Assembly: GCA_903822825.1 (NCBI GenBank)
Contig: CAIJQQ010000054.1
Coordinates: 14,456-78,455 of the forward strand
Direction of reading: 5' to 3'
Origin: an uncultured Burkholderiales bacterium
GTDB lineage: Bacteria; Pseudomonadota; Gammaproteobacteria; Burkholderiales; Burkholderiaceae_C
Length of the DNA stretch: 64,000 nucleotides
Shown: piece by piece, positions 20,384 to 29,085 of the stretch
How positions within the stretch are numbered: the first letter of the stretch is position 1
How the letters are laid out: the number at the start of each line of letters is the position of its first letter
Notes under the pieces: generated by a model
What the model was told of the DNA's origin: nothing
Database searches by the model: none
What the model saw: the letters and a program-made list of their open reading frames with translations, nothing else
Position numbers and translations under genes: made by a program

Positions 20384-21781
20384 ATGATGAAACGAATTTT
20401 GATTTCTGCACTCTTGTCTGGCATTTTTGCTCCTGCATTTGCAGCAGGTGAAGCCAAAAATGTGATCTTCTTTTTGGGCGACGGCATGGGTCCTGTGACC
20501 GTGACCGCCTCACGTATTTTCAAATACGGCGAAGCGGGTCAGCTGACCATGGACACCTTGCCCCGCACGGCCCGCATCAAGACGTTTTCGTTCGATGCGC
20601 AAACCACCGACTCAGCACCTTCGATGGCCGCCTACATGACCGGCGTGAAGATGAACAACGAAGTGGTCTCCATGACGCCCGACACCAAGGCCACGCCCCC
20701 CACCATGGATGCGACCACCGGCGTGAGCTATGCCGTCAACAACTGCGCCAGCACCAACGGCAAATCGGTGCCCACTTTGCTGGAACTGGCGATCGCCAAC
20801 AAAAAAGCCACCGGCGTGATCAGCACCGCCCGCTTGACCCATGCCACACCGGCTGTGACCTACTCGCACATCTGCAACCGCAATGCCGAGTATGAAATTG
20901 CACGCCAAGCCGTGCCTGGTGGCGCAGGCTACAACGCCGCATTGGGCACGGGCATCGACTTCTTCATGGGTGGCATCAGCCAGTATTGGGTGCCCTTCAA
21001 CGCCACCGGCAGCAATGCCGCCAAAAAGGGCCGCCCGGATGGTCGCGACTTGGTGGCCGAGATGAAAGCCAACAAGTACACGTTCGTCAGCGACAAAGCC
21101 TCTTTCGATGCTGCGCCCACAGCGGCTGGCAGCAAGATCTTTGGCCTGTTCGACCAAGCTTTTGCCCAGGCCCACATGTCCTACGAATTGGACCGCGATG
21201 CGACCAAAGAGCCCAGCCTGGCCGAGATGACCACCAAAGCCATTGACGTGCTGTCGAAAAACAGCAACGGCTACTTCTTGATGGTTGAAGGCGGGCGCAT
21301 TGACCATGCGCTGCACAGCACCAACGCCAAGCGCGCCCTGGTGGACACCATCGCTTTTGACGACGCCATCAAGGCCGCACTGGGCAAAGTGGATTTGACC
21401 AACACCCTCGTGGTGGTGACAGCGGACCATGACCACACCATGGTCTTCAACGGTTACCCCAAAAAGGGCAACCCAGTGCTGGACATCGTTCGCAGCTACA
21501 CCGATGGCTTGCCAGCAAAGGATGCCGACGGCAAGACCTTCACCACCCTGGTGTTTGGCCAAAGCCCGAACCGCCCACAAGCTCGCGCTGACGTGGACTC
21601 TGTGATCGCACAAAGCAACGATTACCAGCAAGAAGGCGCGGTCAAAGTGTCCAACGGCGGTGAATCACACGGCGGAGGCGATGTGCGCTTGCATGCCACG
21701 GGCGCAGCCTCTTCGAACTTCAAGGGCACCATTGACAACACCAAGGTGTTCACACTGGTCAAGAATGCGTTTGGTTTCTGA
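20384..21781 (+). CDS. phoA: Alkaline phosphatase, PhoA family, Sec-secreted paralog
   Basis: Signal peptide ending AFA; same catalytic motifs GDGMG, TDSAPS, EGGRIDHALH, ADHDH, ESHGG. Confidence 0.9.
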   Translation: MMKRILISALLSGIFAPAFAAGEAKNVIFFLGDGMGPVTVTASRIFKYGEAGQLTMDTLPRTARIKTFSFDAQTTDSAPSMAAYMTGVKMNNEVVSMTPDTKATPPTMDATTGVSYAVNNCASTNGKSVPTLLELAIANKKATGVISTARLTHATPAVTYSHICNRNAEYEIARQAVPGGAGYNAALGTGIDFFMGGISQYWVPFNATGSNAAKKGRPDGRDLVAEMKANKYTFVSDKASFDAAPTAAGSKIFGLFDQAFAQAHMSYELDRDATKEPSLAEMTTKAIDVLSKNSNGYFLMVEGGRIDHALHSTNAKRALVDTIAFDDAIKAALGKVDLTNTLVVVTADHDHTMVFNGYPKKGNPVLDIVRSYTDGLPAKDADGKTFTTLVFGQSPNRPQARADVDSVIAQSNDYQQEGAVKVSNGGESHGGGDVRLHATGAASSNFKGTIDNTKVFTLVKNAFGF

Positions 21782-21799
21782 TTGATTCGCTTCTCTCTC

Positions 21800-21829
21800 A
21801 AGCCGACAAGCCACGCTTGTCGGCTTTTT
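21800..21829 (+). terminator. Intrinsic terminator after second phoA
   Basis: AAGCCGACAAGC-CAC-GCTTGTCGGCTT followed by TTT. Confidence 0.75.
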
Positions 21830-21840
21830 CCATTTTCCCC

Positions 21841-22596
21841 ATGTCAAAACGCATTTTCAAATTCAATCACCTCTTGGCATTGGCTATGGCTGCTGGCCTC
21901 GCATGCACAACCGGCGTTCAAGCGCAGCCCTCGTCCGTCCCAGCCAAAGCCTCTGCAGTGGCACCCGACACGCTGGTGGATCTGGATGCACGCATCCTGG
22001 TTGAATCCAAAACCATTGGCGCCGACGGCGTCACGCGCACCAGCCAATACGAAGAAACTTTCATGCGCCGCGGCCAACAGGTCTGGATGCAACGCATCCG
22101 CCCCAAGCCAGTCGCCGCGCATGACCACGCCAAAGAAAAATCGGGCCACAAGCACCTCGACCCTTTTGCAGGCGGACGGCTGATCGGTCTGGCCGACGGC
22201 AAAGCCCAAATGGACTTGGTGCTTCCCGATGAAAAACAAGTGGTGAATATCCCGTCGGTGGAGTTCGGCAATTTGGGCTTCGACGGTTCCTGGGAAAGGG
22301 CTTACTACCTGATCGCGTTGCAGGAATTCAAGCGCTCCAAAATCTTGAAAGCCACGCAACGCAAAAGCGAATTTCCTGACGCTGTGTGGCACGAAAGAAA
22401 GGGTGACATCAACGAGTCCATCCTTTGGGACAGCAAACGGATGGTCCCTCGCGTCATCGAATCGAGCAATGCGCAGGGTACGCAATGGCGTCGCATCACG
22501 GTCACACTGCAAAACAGCGTCGCCCGTGTGGTGCCTTGGAGCGAGACAGTGGTTAAAAATTACGACCAAATGCGCTATTCGGATTTCATGGATTGA
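21841..22596 (+). CDS. Hypothetical secreted protein with His-rich loop
   Basis: Signal peptide ending VQA; HDHAKEKSGHKH segment; fills the gap co-directionally with the phoA pair. Confidence 0.75.
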   Translation: MSKRIFKFNHLLALAMAAGLACTTGVQAQPSSVPAKASAVAPDTLVDLDARILVESKTIGADGVTRTSQYEETFMRRGQQVWMQRIRPKPVAAHDHAKEKSGHKHLDPFAGGRLIGLADGKAQMDLVLPDEKQVVNIPSVEFGNLGFDGSWERAYYLIALQEFKRSKILKATQRKSEFPDAVWHERKGDINESILWDSKRMVPRVIESSNAQGTQWRRITVTLQNSVARVVPWSETVVKNYDQMRYSDFMD

Positions 22597-22670
22597 TTTT
22601 TCAAGCAACAGGCCAGTTTTTTCTCGCGCATGCGCGCGGGTCAGTCTGGCTTGGCATGCACAATCACAGC

Positions 22671-24179
22671 ATGCAAACGCCAACACCTTTCATCGCACCA
22701 GAGGTCTTTGACAACCCTGATGAAGCCCTGTCACGGGTTCAGGCCATTTACCAACAAAGCGTGGACCATTTGCGAAAGGCCATGCAGCGGTATGTGGCGG
22801 GTGATGAATTGCACGACAAGGTGCGGGCCTGCTACCCCTACGTGCGCATTGAAACGGCAACCGACTGGACGCCTGCACAAGACCCTGAGCCGGAGCGCTT
22901 GAGTTACGGTTTTGTGGCCAGTGCTGGACAGTACGCCACCACCCTGACACGCCCCGACCTTTTTGCAGAGTACCTGCGCGAGCAGTTCGACTTGCTGATC
23001 CGCAGCCATGGCGTCAAGCTGGAGGTCGGCACCAGCAAAGACCCGATGCCTGTGCATTTTTCATTTGCCGAGCATGAGCACATGGAGGGCGACATGCCCG
23101 CAGCCAGGCGCGCGCGCATGCGCGAGGTTTTTGACCTGCCGGACCTGACCGCCATGGACGACAGCATCGCCAACGGCACATGGCGCGCCAGCGTCAGCCG
23201 ACCTGACCCCTTGGCCTTGTTCACAGCGGCGCGCATCGACTATTCACTGCACCGCCTGCGGCATTACAGCGGCACCAGTCCGGCGCATTTTCAAAACTAT
23301 GTGCTCTTCACCAATTACCAGTTCTACATTGACGAATTCATTGCGCTCGGTCGCGCCGAAATGGCCAACAGGAACAGCCCTTACATGGCCTTTGTGGAGC
23401 CTGGCAACGTGGTCACACGCCGCGTGGGGCTGCCTGTCCAAGTCGACGGTGCGCTGGGCGGGGCGCCGCCACGTTTGCCCCAAATGCCCGGCTACCACCT
23501 GGTGCGCGAGGGCCACAGCGGCATCACCATGGTCAACATCGGCGTGGGTCCGGCCAACGCCAAAACCATCACCGACCACATCGCCGTGCTGCGACCCCAC
23601 ACCTGGCTGATGCTGGGCCACTGTGCAGGCCTGCGTACCACGCAGCAACTGGGCGACTACGTGCTGGCGCATGCCTATGTGCGCGAGGACCATGTGCTCG
23701 ACGAAGAGCTGCCACTGTGGGTGCCGATTCCTGCGCTGGCAGAAATCCAGGTGGCGCTCGAGCGTGCGGTGTCCGAGGTCACGGGTTGCCAAGGCGCTGA
23801 GCTCAAACGCCTCATGCGCACCGGCACCGTGGCCAGCACCGACAACCGCAATTGGGAGCTGCTGCCCACCAGCAATGTGGCCAGCACGCCCCAGCAACGC
23901 TTCAGCCAGAGCCGAGCCGTCGCACTCGACATGGAAAGCGCCACCATCGCCGCCAACGGTTTCCGTTTTCGGGTGCCTTATGGCACGCTGCTGTGCGTGA
24001 GCGACAAGCCCTTGCATGGCGAGATCAAACTGCCGGGCATGGCCAACCACTTCTACCGAGAACGGGTCAACCAACACCTGCAAATCGGGATCCGCGCGCT
24101 CGAGTTGCTGCGCGCCGCTGGCCCCGCCCAGTTGCACAGCCGAAAGCTGCGCAGTTTTGCGGAAGTGGCTTTCCAGTAA
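22671..24179 (+). CDS. amn: AMP nucleosidase
   Basis: YSLHRLRHYSGT, LFTNYQFY, NIGVGPANAKTITDH, GHCAG, DMESAT, VSDKPLHG. Confidence 0.93.
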   Translation: MQTPTPFIAPEVFDNPDEALSRVQAIYQQSVDHLRKAMQRYVAGDELHDKVRACYPYVRIETATDWTPAQDPEPERLSYGFVASAGQYATTLTRPDLFAEYLREQFDLLIRSHGVKLEVGTSKDPMPVHFSFAEHEHMEGDMPAARRARMREVFDLPDLTAMDDSIANGTWRASVSRPDPLALFTAARIDYSLHRLRHYSGTSPAHFQNYVLFTNYQFYIDEFIALGRAEMANRNSPYMAFVEPGNVVTRRVGLPVQVDGALGGAPPRLPQMPGYHLVREGHSGITMVNIGVGPANAKTITDHIAVLRPHTWLMLGHCAGLRTTQQLGDYVLAHAYVREDHVLDEELPLWVPIPALAEIQVALERAVSEVTGCQGAELKRLMRTGTVASTDNRNWELLPTSNVASTPQQRFSQSRAVALDMESATIAANGFRFRVPYGTLLCVSDKPLHGEIKLPGMANHFYRERVNQHLQIGIRALELLRAAGPAQLHSRKLRSFAEVAFQ

Positions 24180-24262
24180 GCCCCAACAGGGCTACCCATC
24201 TTGAGGCGCACTTTGCCGTGCGCAGCCCGCGGTCTTCGACCACCCCCCTACAATCTTCTATT

Positions 24263-25210
24263 ATGAAAATACTGTTTGTTGCCGACCCGCTGGCGTCGTT
24301 CAAGATTTACAAAGACACCACCTTTGCGATGATGCGCGAGGCCCACCAGCGCGGCCATCAGATCTCGGCCTGCGAGATGACTGGCGTACGCTGGCAGCGC
24401 GGCGAAGCCGTCTCGGCCCAAGTGCGCGACATCACGCTCACCGGCCAGCCCGACGTCTGGTTCACCGAAACCGACACGCGCCGCGTCGCGCTCAAGGACT
24501 TTGATGCCGTGGTCATGCGCGTGGACCCACCCTTTGACAGCGAGTATTTTTACGCCACCCACCTGCTGGGTCAGGCAGAACGCGAAGGGGCCAAGGTCTT
24601 CAACAGCCCCGCAGCACTGCGCGATCACCCTGAAAAATTAGCCATTCTTGAGTTTCCGCAATTCATTGCGCCGACCTTGGTCACCAAAAACGAAGCGGAC
24701 ATTCGCGAGTTCCATGCCACGCACGGCGACATCATCTTGAAGCCCCTGGACGGCATGGGGGGCACCGGCATCTTCAAGGTCGGAGCGGACGGCCTGAATC
24801 TGGGCGTGATCATCGAAACCCTCAACCAAGGTGGCGCACAGACCGTGATGGTGCAAAAGTACTTGCCCGGCATCGCCCAAGGCGACAAGCGCGTGTTGCT
24901 CATTGGCGGCAAGCCCGTGCCGTTTTGCTTGGCCCGCATCCCGCAGGGCGGTGAGGTGCGTGGCAACCTGGCCGCTGGGGGCAAGGGCGTGGCCCAACCC
25001 CTGTCTGAGCGTGACCGTGAGATTGCTGAAGCCCTGGGACCGACCCTGGCCGCACGCGGCCTGATGCTGGTGGGGCTTGACATCATTGGCGACAGCCTGA
25101 CCGAGATCAACGTCACGAGCCCGACCTGCTTTCAGGAAATCACCGACCAGATGGGCTGCGATGTGGCAGCGCTGTTCATCGACGCGCTGGAAGCGGCTGG
25201 CGTTGCCTGA
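24263..25210 (+). CDS. gshB: Glutathione synthetase
   Basis: KDTT, MRVDPPFD, PEKL, KPLDGMGG, GDKR, RGNLAAGG, EINVTSPT; start MKILF. Confidence 0.95.
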   Translation: MKILFVADPLASFKIYKDTTFAMMREAHQRGHQISACEMTGVRWQRGEAVSAQVRDITLTGQPDVWFTETDTRRVALKDFDAVVMRVDPPFDSEYFYATHLLGQAEREGAKVFNSPAALRDHPEKLAILEFPQFIAPTLVTKNEADIREFHATHGDIILKPLDGMGGTGIFKVGADGLNLGVIIETLNQGGAQTVMVQKYLPGIAQGDKRVLLIGGKPVPFCLARIPQGGEVRGNLAAGGKGVAQPLSERDREIAEALGPTLAARGLMLVGLDIIGDSLTEINVTSPTCFQEITDQMGCDVAALFIDALEAAGVA

Positions 25211-25245
25211 CTGCGGTTGGGGACGGCTGGCGGCGCACCCTGGTT

Positions 25246-25272
25246 TGTCACGGTTTCTTCAACTGCGTGACA
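25246..25272. promoter_or_regulatory. Regulator site upstream of porin (Pho-box/OmpR-family-like)
   Basis: TGTCA-N6-CTTCA-N6-TGACA (11-bp period); also reads as inverted repeat TGTCACG-N13-CGTGACA. Confidence 0.45.
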
Positions 25273-25301
25273 TAAGATCGGCGTCTTAATTGGACGTTAG
25301 C

Positions 25302-26651
25302 ATGACCTTGAACCGCCGCCGCCTCCCAGTCTTGCCCCTGCTGCTCTGCCTGGGCTCGGGCGCTTGGGCGCAGGACAACGCTTCAGAGAAAGTCGAAGAG
25401 TTCGGCCAGTCCCGCTACCAGAGCACTTACAACACGCAGCAGCACCCGGCCTTTGCCGCAGCAGGCTCAGGCCAGAACAGCTTGGGGCCAGGCGCAGACA
25501 AGATGTTCACCTTCTCCCTGACGGGCCACTGGGGCAAACGTCTTGAATCGGGCGCCGAGGTGTACATGAACGCCGAGCTCGCCTCGGGCACGCCGTTCAC
25601 CGGTAACCTGGTGGGCCTGGGCGGCTTCACCAATGGCGAGATCACCCGCGCTGCGGGCACCACGCCCAAGCCCTATCTGCAACGCCTCTTTGTGCGCCAG
25701 ACTTGGAACCAAGGCGGTGAGCGCGAGTGGCTGGATTCTGACTTCAACCAGATGGCGCGTTGGGTGGACAAAAACCGCTTTGTGCTGACCGCAGGCAACT
25801 TCTCCACGCTGGACGTGTTTGACGACAACGCCTACGCCAAAGACCCGCGCACCCAGTTCATGAACTGGAGCCACTGGACCTACAGCAGCTACGATTACGC
25901 GGCCGATGCCCGTGGCTTTGGCTGGGGCGTGGCGGGTGAATGGTACCGGGGCGACTGGGTGTATCGCCTGGGCCGCATGAGCGGGCCCAAGCGCCCCAAC
26001 GAACTGCCCGTCGACTGGGATTTGCTGCGCCACTACGGCGACCAGTTCGAGGTCGAGCATGCCCACGCTCTTGCAGGTCAGCCCGGCAAGGTGCGTGTGC
26101 TGGCTTGGCGCAACCGCGCTGTGACGGCCAGTTTCAACGACGCCACCCAATACCTGCAAAGCCACACGGGGACCAACCCCCAGTCGTTTTTTCAGGTGCG
26201 CAATGGCGAAAAAATCAAATACGGTTTAGGCCTGAACCTGGAGCAGGCTGTGAATGACGATGTCGGCGTTTTCTTGCGGGCCATGAAGGCCGATGGCCGC
26301 ACCGAGACCTATGCCTTCACCGAAGTCGATTCGTCGCTGTCAGCGGGCACCTTGCTCAAAGGCCGCCTTTGGGGCCGCGCAGCAGACACCGTAGGCTTGG
26401 CCTACATGAACAACCAATTGTCGAACGAGCGCCGTGCTTTCTTGCAAGCCGGAGGCATGTCCTACTTCATTGGCGATGGCGCAGGCCACTTCCGGTATGG
26501 GGCAGAACGCGGTGTCGAGGTGTTCTATAACCTGGGCATCGGCAAACACCTGTGGATGACCGCAGACTACCAGCGCATCCAGAACCCCGCCTACAACATG
26601 CTGCGCGGCCCGGTGAATGTGTTCGCCTTGCGCGTGCACACCGAATTCTGA
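25302..26651 (+). CDS. OprB-family (carbohydrate/MnoP-like) outer-membrane porin
   Basis: Signal peptide, beta-strand pattern, FDDNAYAKDPRTQFMNW, YDYAADARG, C-terminal Phe. Confidence 0.75.
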   Translation: MTLNRRRLPVLPLLLCLGSGAWAQDNASEKVEEFGQSRYQSTYNTQQHPAFAAAGSGQNSLGPGADKMFTFSLTGHWGKRLESGAEVYMNAELASGTPFTGNLVGLGGFTNGEITRAAGTTPKPYLQRLFVRQTWNQGGEREWLDSDFNQMARWVDKNRFVLTAGNFSTLDVFDDNAYAKDPRTQFMNWSHWTYSSYDYAADARGFGWGVAGEWYRGDWVYRLGRMSGPKRPNELPVDWDLLRHYGDQFEVEHAHALAGQPGKVRVLAWRNRAVTASFNDATQYLQSHTGTNPQSFFQVRNGEKIKYGLGLNLEQAVNDDVGVFLRAMKADGRTETYAFTEVDSSLSAGTLLKGRLWGRAADTVGLAYMNNQLSNERRAFLQAGGMSYFIGDGAGHFRYGAERGVEVFYNLGIGKHLWMTADYQRIQNPAYNMLRGPVNVFALRVHTEF

Positions 26652-26684
26652 TCGACGTTTCTGATCGGTGTTTCTGATCGGCCA
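26646..26684. repeat. 13-bp tandem repeat x3 containing the porin stop codon
   Basis: TTCTGATCG at 26646, 26659, 26672. Confidence 0.75.
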
Positions 26685-26685
26685 G

Positions 26686-27453
26686 TCAAACGGCCAACCG
26701 CGCACCGTCGACAAACACCGCCAGCTCACCGGCGGTCAACGGCACCCAGTTTTCGTCAAGCGTGAGCGGCGCGGTCACCACCACCACCACCCGGTCGCTG
26801 GGCCGGGTGTGTTCGGCAAAGTTCACGCTCAGATCGTCATCTCTCAACGTGGCCTGGTTGAAAGGGTGCTGGCGCAGCACGTAATGCAGTTGGGTGTTGG
26901 CGTGCGCCCACAGGGCCTGGCCGTTGGACAGCAAAAAGTTGAAGGTCCCGTGCTTGGCAATTTGCGGCGCCAGTTCTTGCAGCGTGCGCGTCAGCTCCTG
27001 CACGCTGGGCACCCCGGCGTGCGACTTGGCCAACTCTTGCATCAGCCAGCAGAACGCCCACTCGCTGTCGGTCTGGCCCACGGGCCTGAAGCTGCCGTGC
27101 AGGCGGGGCGCAAAATCGACCAGGTTGCCGTTGTGGGCAAACACCCAGTATCGGCCCCACAACTCGCGCACAAAGGGGTGGCAGTTCTCCAACGCCACCA
27201 TGCCCTGTGTGGCCTTGCGGATGTGGGAGATGACATTTTGGCTCTGAATGGGGTAACGGCGCACGAGCTCGGCCACCGGCGAGGTGCTGGCACTTTGGTG
27301 GTCCACCATGTGACGCACGCCCTTGCCTTCAAAAAATGCGATGCCCCAACCGTCGCTGTGGTGGTCGGTCACACCGCCACGCTGCGCAAAGCCGCTGAAA
27401 CTGAAGGTCACATCGGTCGGGGTGTTGCAGTTCATGCCGAGCAGTTGGCACAT
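26686..27453 (-). CDS. Class II glutamine amidotransferase (YafJ-like Ntn hydrolase)
   Basis: N-terminal MCQLLGMN (Cys2), DGWG, HIRKAT, NCHPF, FAHNG, TDSE. Confidence 0.9.
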   Translation of the reverse strand: MCQLLGMNCNTPTDVTFSFSGFAQRGGVTDHHSDGWGIAFFEGKGVRHMVDHQSASTSPVAELVRRYPIQSQNVISHIRKATQGMVALENCHPFVRELWGRYWVFAHNGNLVDFAPRLHGSFRPVGQTDSEWAFCWLMQELAKSHAGVPSVQELTRTLQELAPQIAKHGTFNFLLSNGQALWAHANTQLHYVLRQHPFNQATLRDDDLSVNFAEHTRPSDRVVVVVTAPLTLDENWVPLTAGELAVFVDGARLAV

Positions 27454-27457
27454 GGTG

Positions 27458-28951
27458 TCAGTCTTTCTTGTGGGCGGGGGCGGCCATCAACCACGCCGGA
27501 ATGATTGCGAGCGCGGTGACCACGGCCAAGAACCAGAAGGTGTGGTGGAAGGCCTGCAAGCGGATGTGCACGTCCCCCTCACCCAAGTGCGACACCCCCA
27601 CGGTGCCCAGCTGCCACTCGAGCACGATGGCACACAAGCTCACCCCAACCGCGCCGCCCAACATGCGCAAAAAGTTGACCACGCTCGCCCCTTGCGGTAT
27701 CAACGCAGGGGGCATGCCATGCATGGAGCCCAGGTTGAGCGAAGGCAAGATGAAACCCAGCCCCATGCGACCCACAATGGTCCACAGCCACAGCGTCAGC
27801 AGCCCCCGATCGGGGTCCACTGTGCTCATGAGCGCAAATGAAGCCGTCAGCAAGGTCAGTCCCACCAACACCAAGCGCCGCTTGTCTGTGCGGTCGGCCC
27901 AGCGCCCCACCAGGGTGATGGTCAAGGCCAGCACCAGCCCGGCGGGCAGCAAGGCCGAGCCCACATAAGACGCTGACAGCCCCAGGCCGCTTTGCATGAA
28001 AACGGGCAGCAGGTAAGTGGAGCCAAACAGGGCCGTGCCATAAATGATGGCCACCAAAGAGCCCATCACAAAACTGCGGTGGGTGAACACGCGCAAATCC
28101 ATCAAAGGCGGATGCGAGCCCAGCGCATGGTGCTGGTAACGCCGCTGCAAACGGCGCTGCCAGGCCACAAACGCCGCGCCCGTGAGCAACGCCGCCAGCA
28201 GCAGAGGCAAACCATGTGACGTCCCGCTGTCGCGCCAGGCCACCATGCCGTTCAGCAGCAGCACCGTGCCCATCAGCGCCAGCAGCAAGCCCAGCCAGTC
28301 CAGGCGCCCGGGGGCCACATTGGCCGGCACGCCCCCCGGCGCGGTGGTCGGCACATACCGGCGCGCCAACCACAATGCAGCCAGCGCCAGCGGCACGACC
28401 ATGAAAAAAATCGAACGCCAGCCAAAGGCATCGACCAGCAAGCCCCCGATGCTCGGGCCAATGGCAGGGGCCAACACCACCCCGGTGCCAAACAGGCCGC
28501 TGGCTCGGCCACGCTCCTCGGGGGCAAACGCGTTCATGATGATGATCACCGGGATCGGCTGAACCACCCCGGCGGCCACGCCTTCGACGATGCGCGCCAC
28601 CAGCACCCAGCTGTAGTCGTCGGCCAAGCCGCCGCCAATACCGCCGCACAACAAGAGCAGCATGCAGATTTCATAAGTGCGGCGGTAACCAAAGCGCGAC
28701 AGCAGCCAAGGTGTGGTGAGCATGGCCGAGGTCATGGCCACCATGAAGCCCGACGACACCCACTGCACACGCGTCTGGCCCAGCATGAAATGCTGGCTCA
28801 TGTCGGGAATGGCCACGTTCATGATGGTCGAGGACATGACCGAAGCCATGGTGCCCAGCATCACCGACAGCAAGAGCAGCCAGCGATGGCGCTCCCCATA
28901 GCGCACCTTGAGCGCGTGCAGGCTGTGGGGATCGTGGGGCTGGTCAGGCAT
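27458..28951 (-). CDS. MFS drug:H+ antiporter (DHA2/EmrB-like)
   Basis: Many hydrophobic segments, RFGYRR, APAIGPSIGG, WRSIF, PLMDLRVF. Confidence 0.85.
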   Translation of the reverse strand: MPDQPHDPHSLHALKVRYGERHRWLLLLSVMLGTMASVMSSTIMNVAIPDMSQHFMLGQTRVQWVSSGFMVAMTSAMLTTPWLLSRFGYRRTYEICMLLLLCGGIGGGLADDYSWVLVARIVEGVAAGVVQPIPVIIIMNAFAPEERGRASGLFGTGVVLAPAIGPSIGGLLVDAFGWRSIFFMVVPLALAALWLARRYVPTTAPGGVPANVAPGRLDWLGLLLALMGTVLLLNGMVAWRDSGTSHGLPLLLAALLTGAAFVAWQRRLQRRYQHHALGSHPPLMDLRVFTHRSFVMGSLVAIIYGTALFGSTYLLPVFMQSGLGLSASYVGSALLPAGLVLALTITLVGRWADRTDKRRLVLVGLTLLTASFALMSTVDPDRGLLTLWLWTIVGRMGLGFILPSLNLGSMHGMPPALIPQGASVVNFLRMLGGAVGVSLCAIVLEWQLGTVGVSHLGEGDVHIRLQAFHHTFWFLAVVTALAIIPAWLMAAPAHKKD

Positions 28952-29008
28952 GAGACAAGGTGGGGTTCAAGCCACCGAGTCTATCGGGTGTCACGCTCTT
29001 CGATCACG

Positions 29009-29081
29009 AAGGGGCGTAGGAGGATATCTCTGCCGCCCCTTACGGTTCGACGCCCAGACAGCAGCTCAGGCGCTGTCTGGG
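29009..29081. terminator. Two hairpins downstream of glcB
   Basis: AAGGGGCG(29009)..CGCCCCTT(29041) and CCCAGACAGC(29053)..GCTGTCTGGG(29081); no strong U tract. Confidence 0.45.
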
Positions 29082-29085
29082 GATG

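Noticed and set aside
23852-24262. N-terminal extension of gshB in the ORF track
   Set aside because: It overlaps amn; GshB similarity starts at MKILF (24263).
29011-29055. tRNA-like words GGGGCGTAG...GGTTCGA
   Set aside because: Only about 33 nt separate them, too short for D and anticodon arms; the region folds as simple hairpins.
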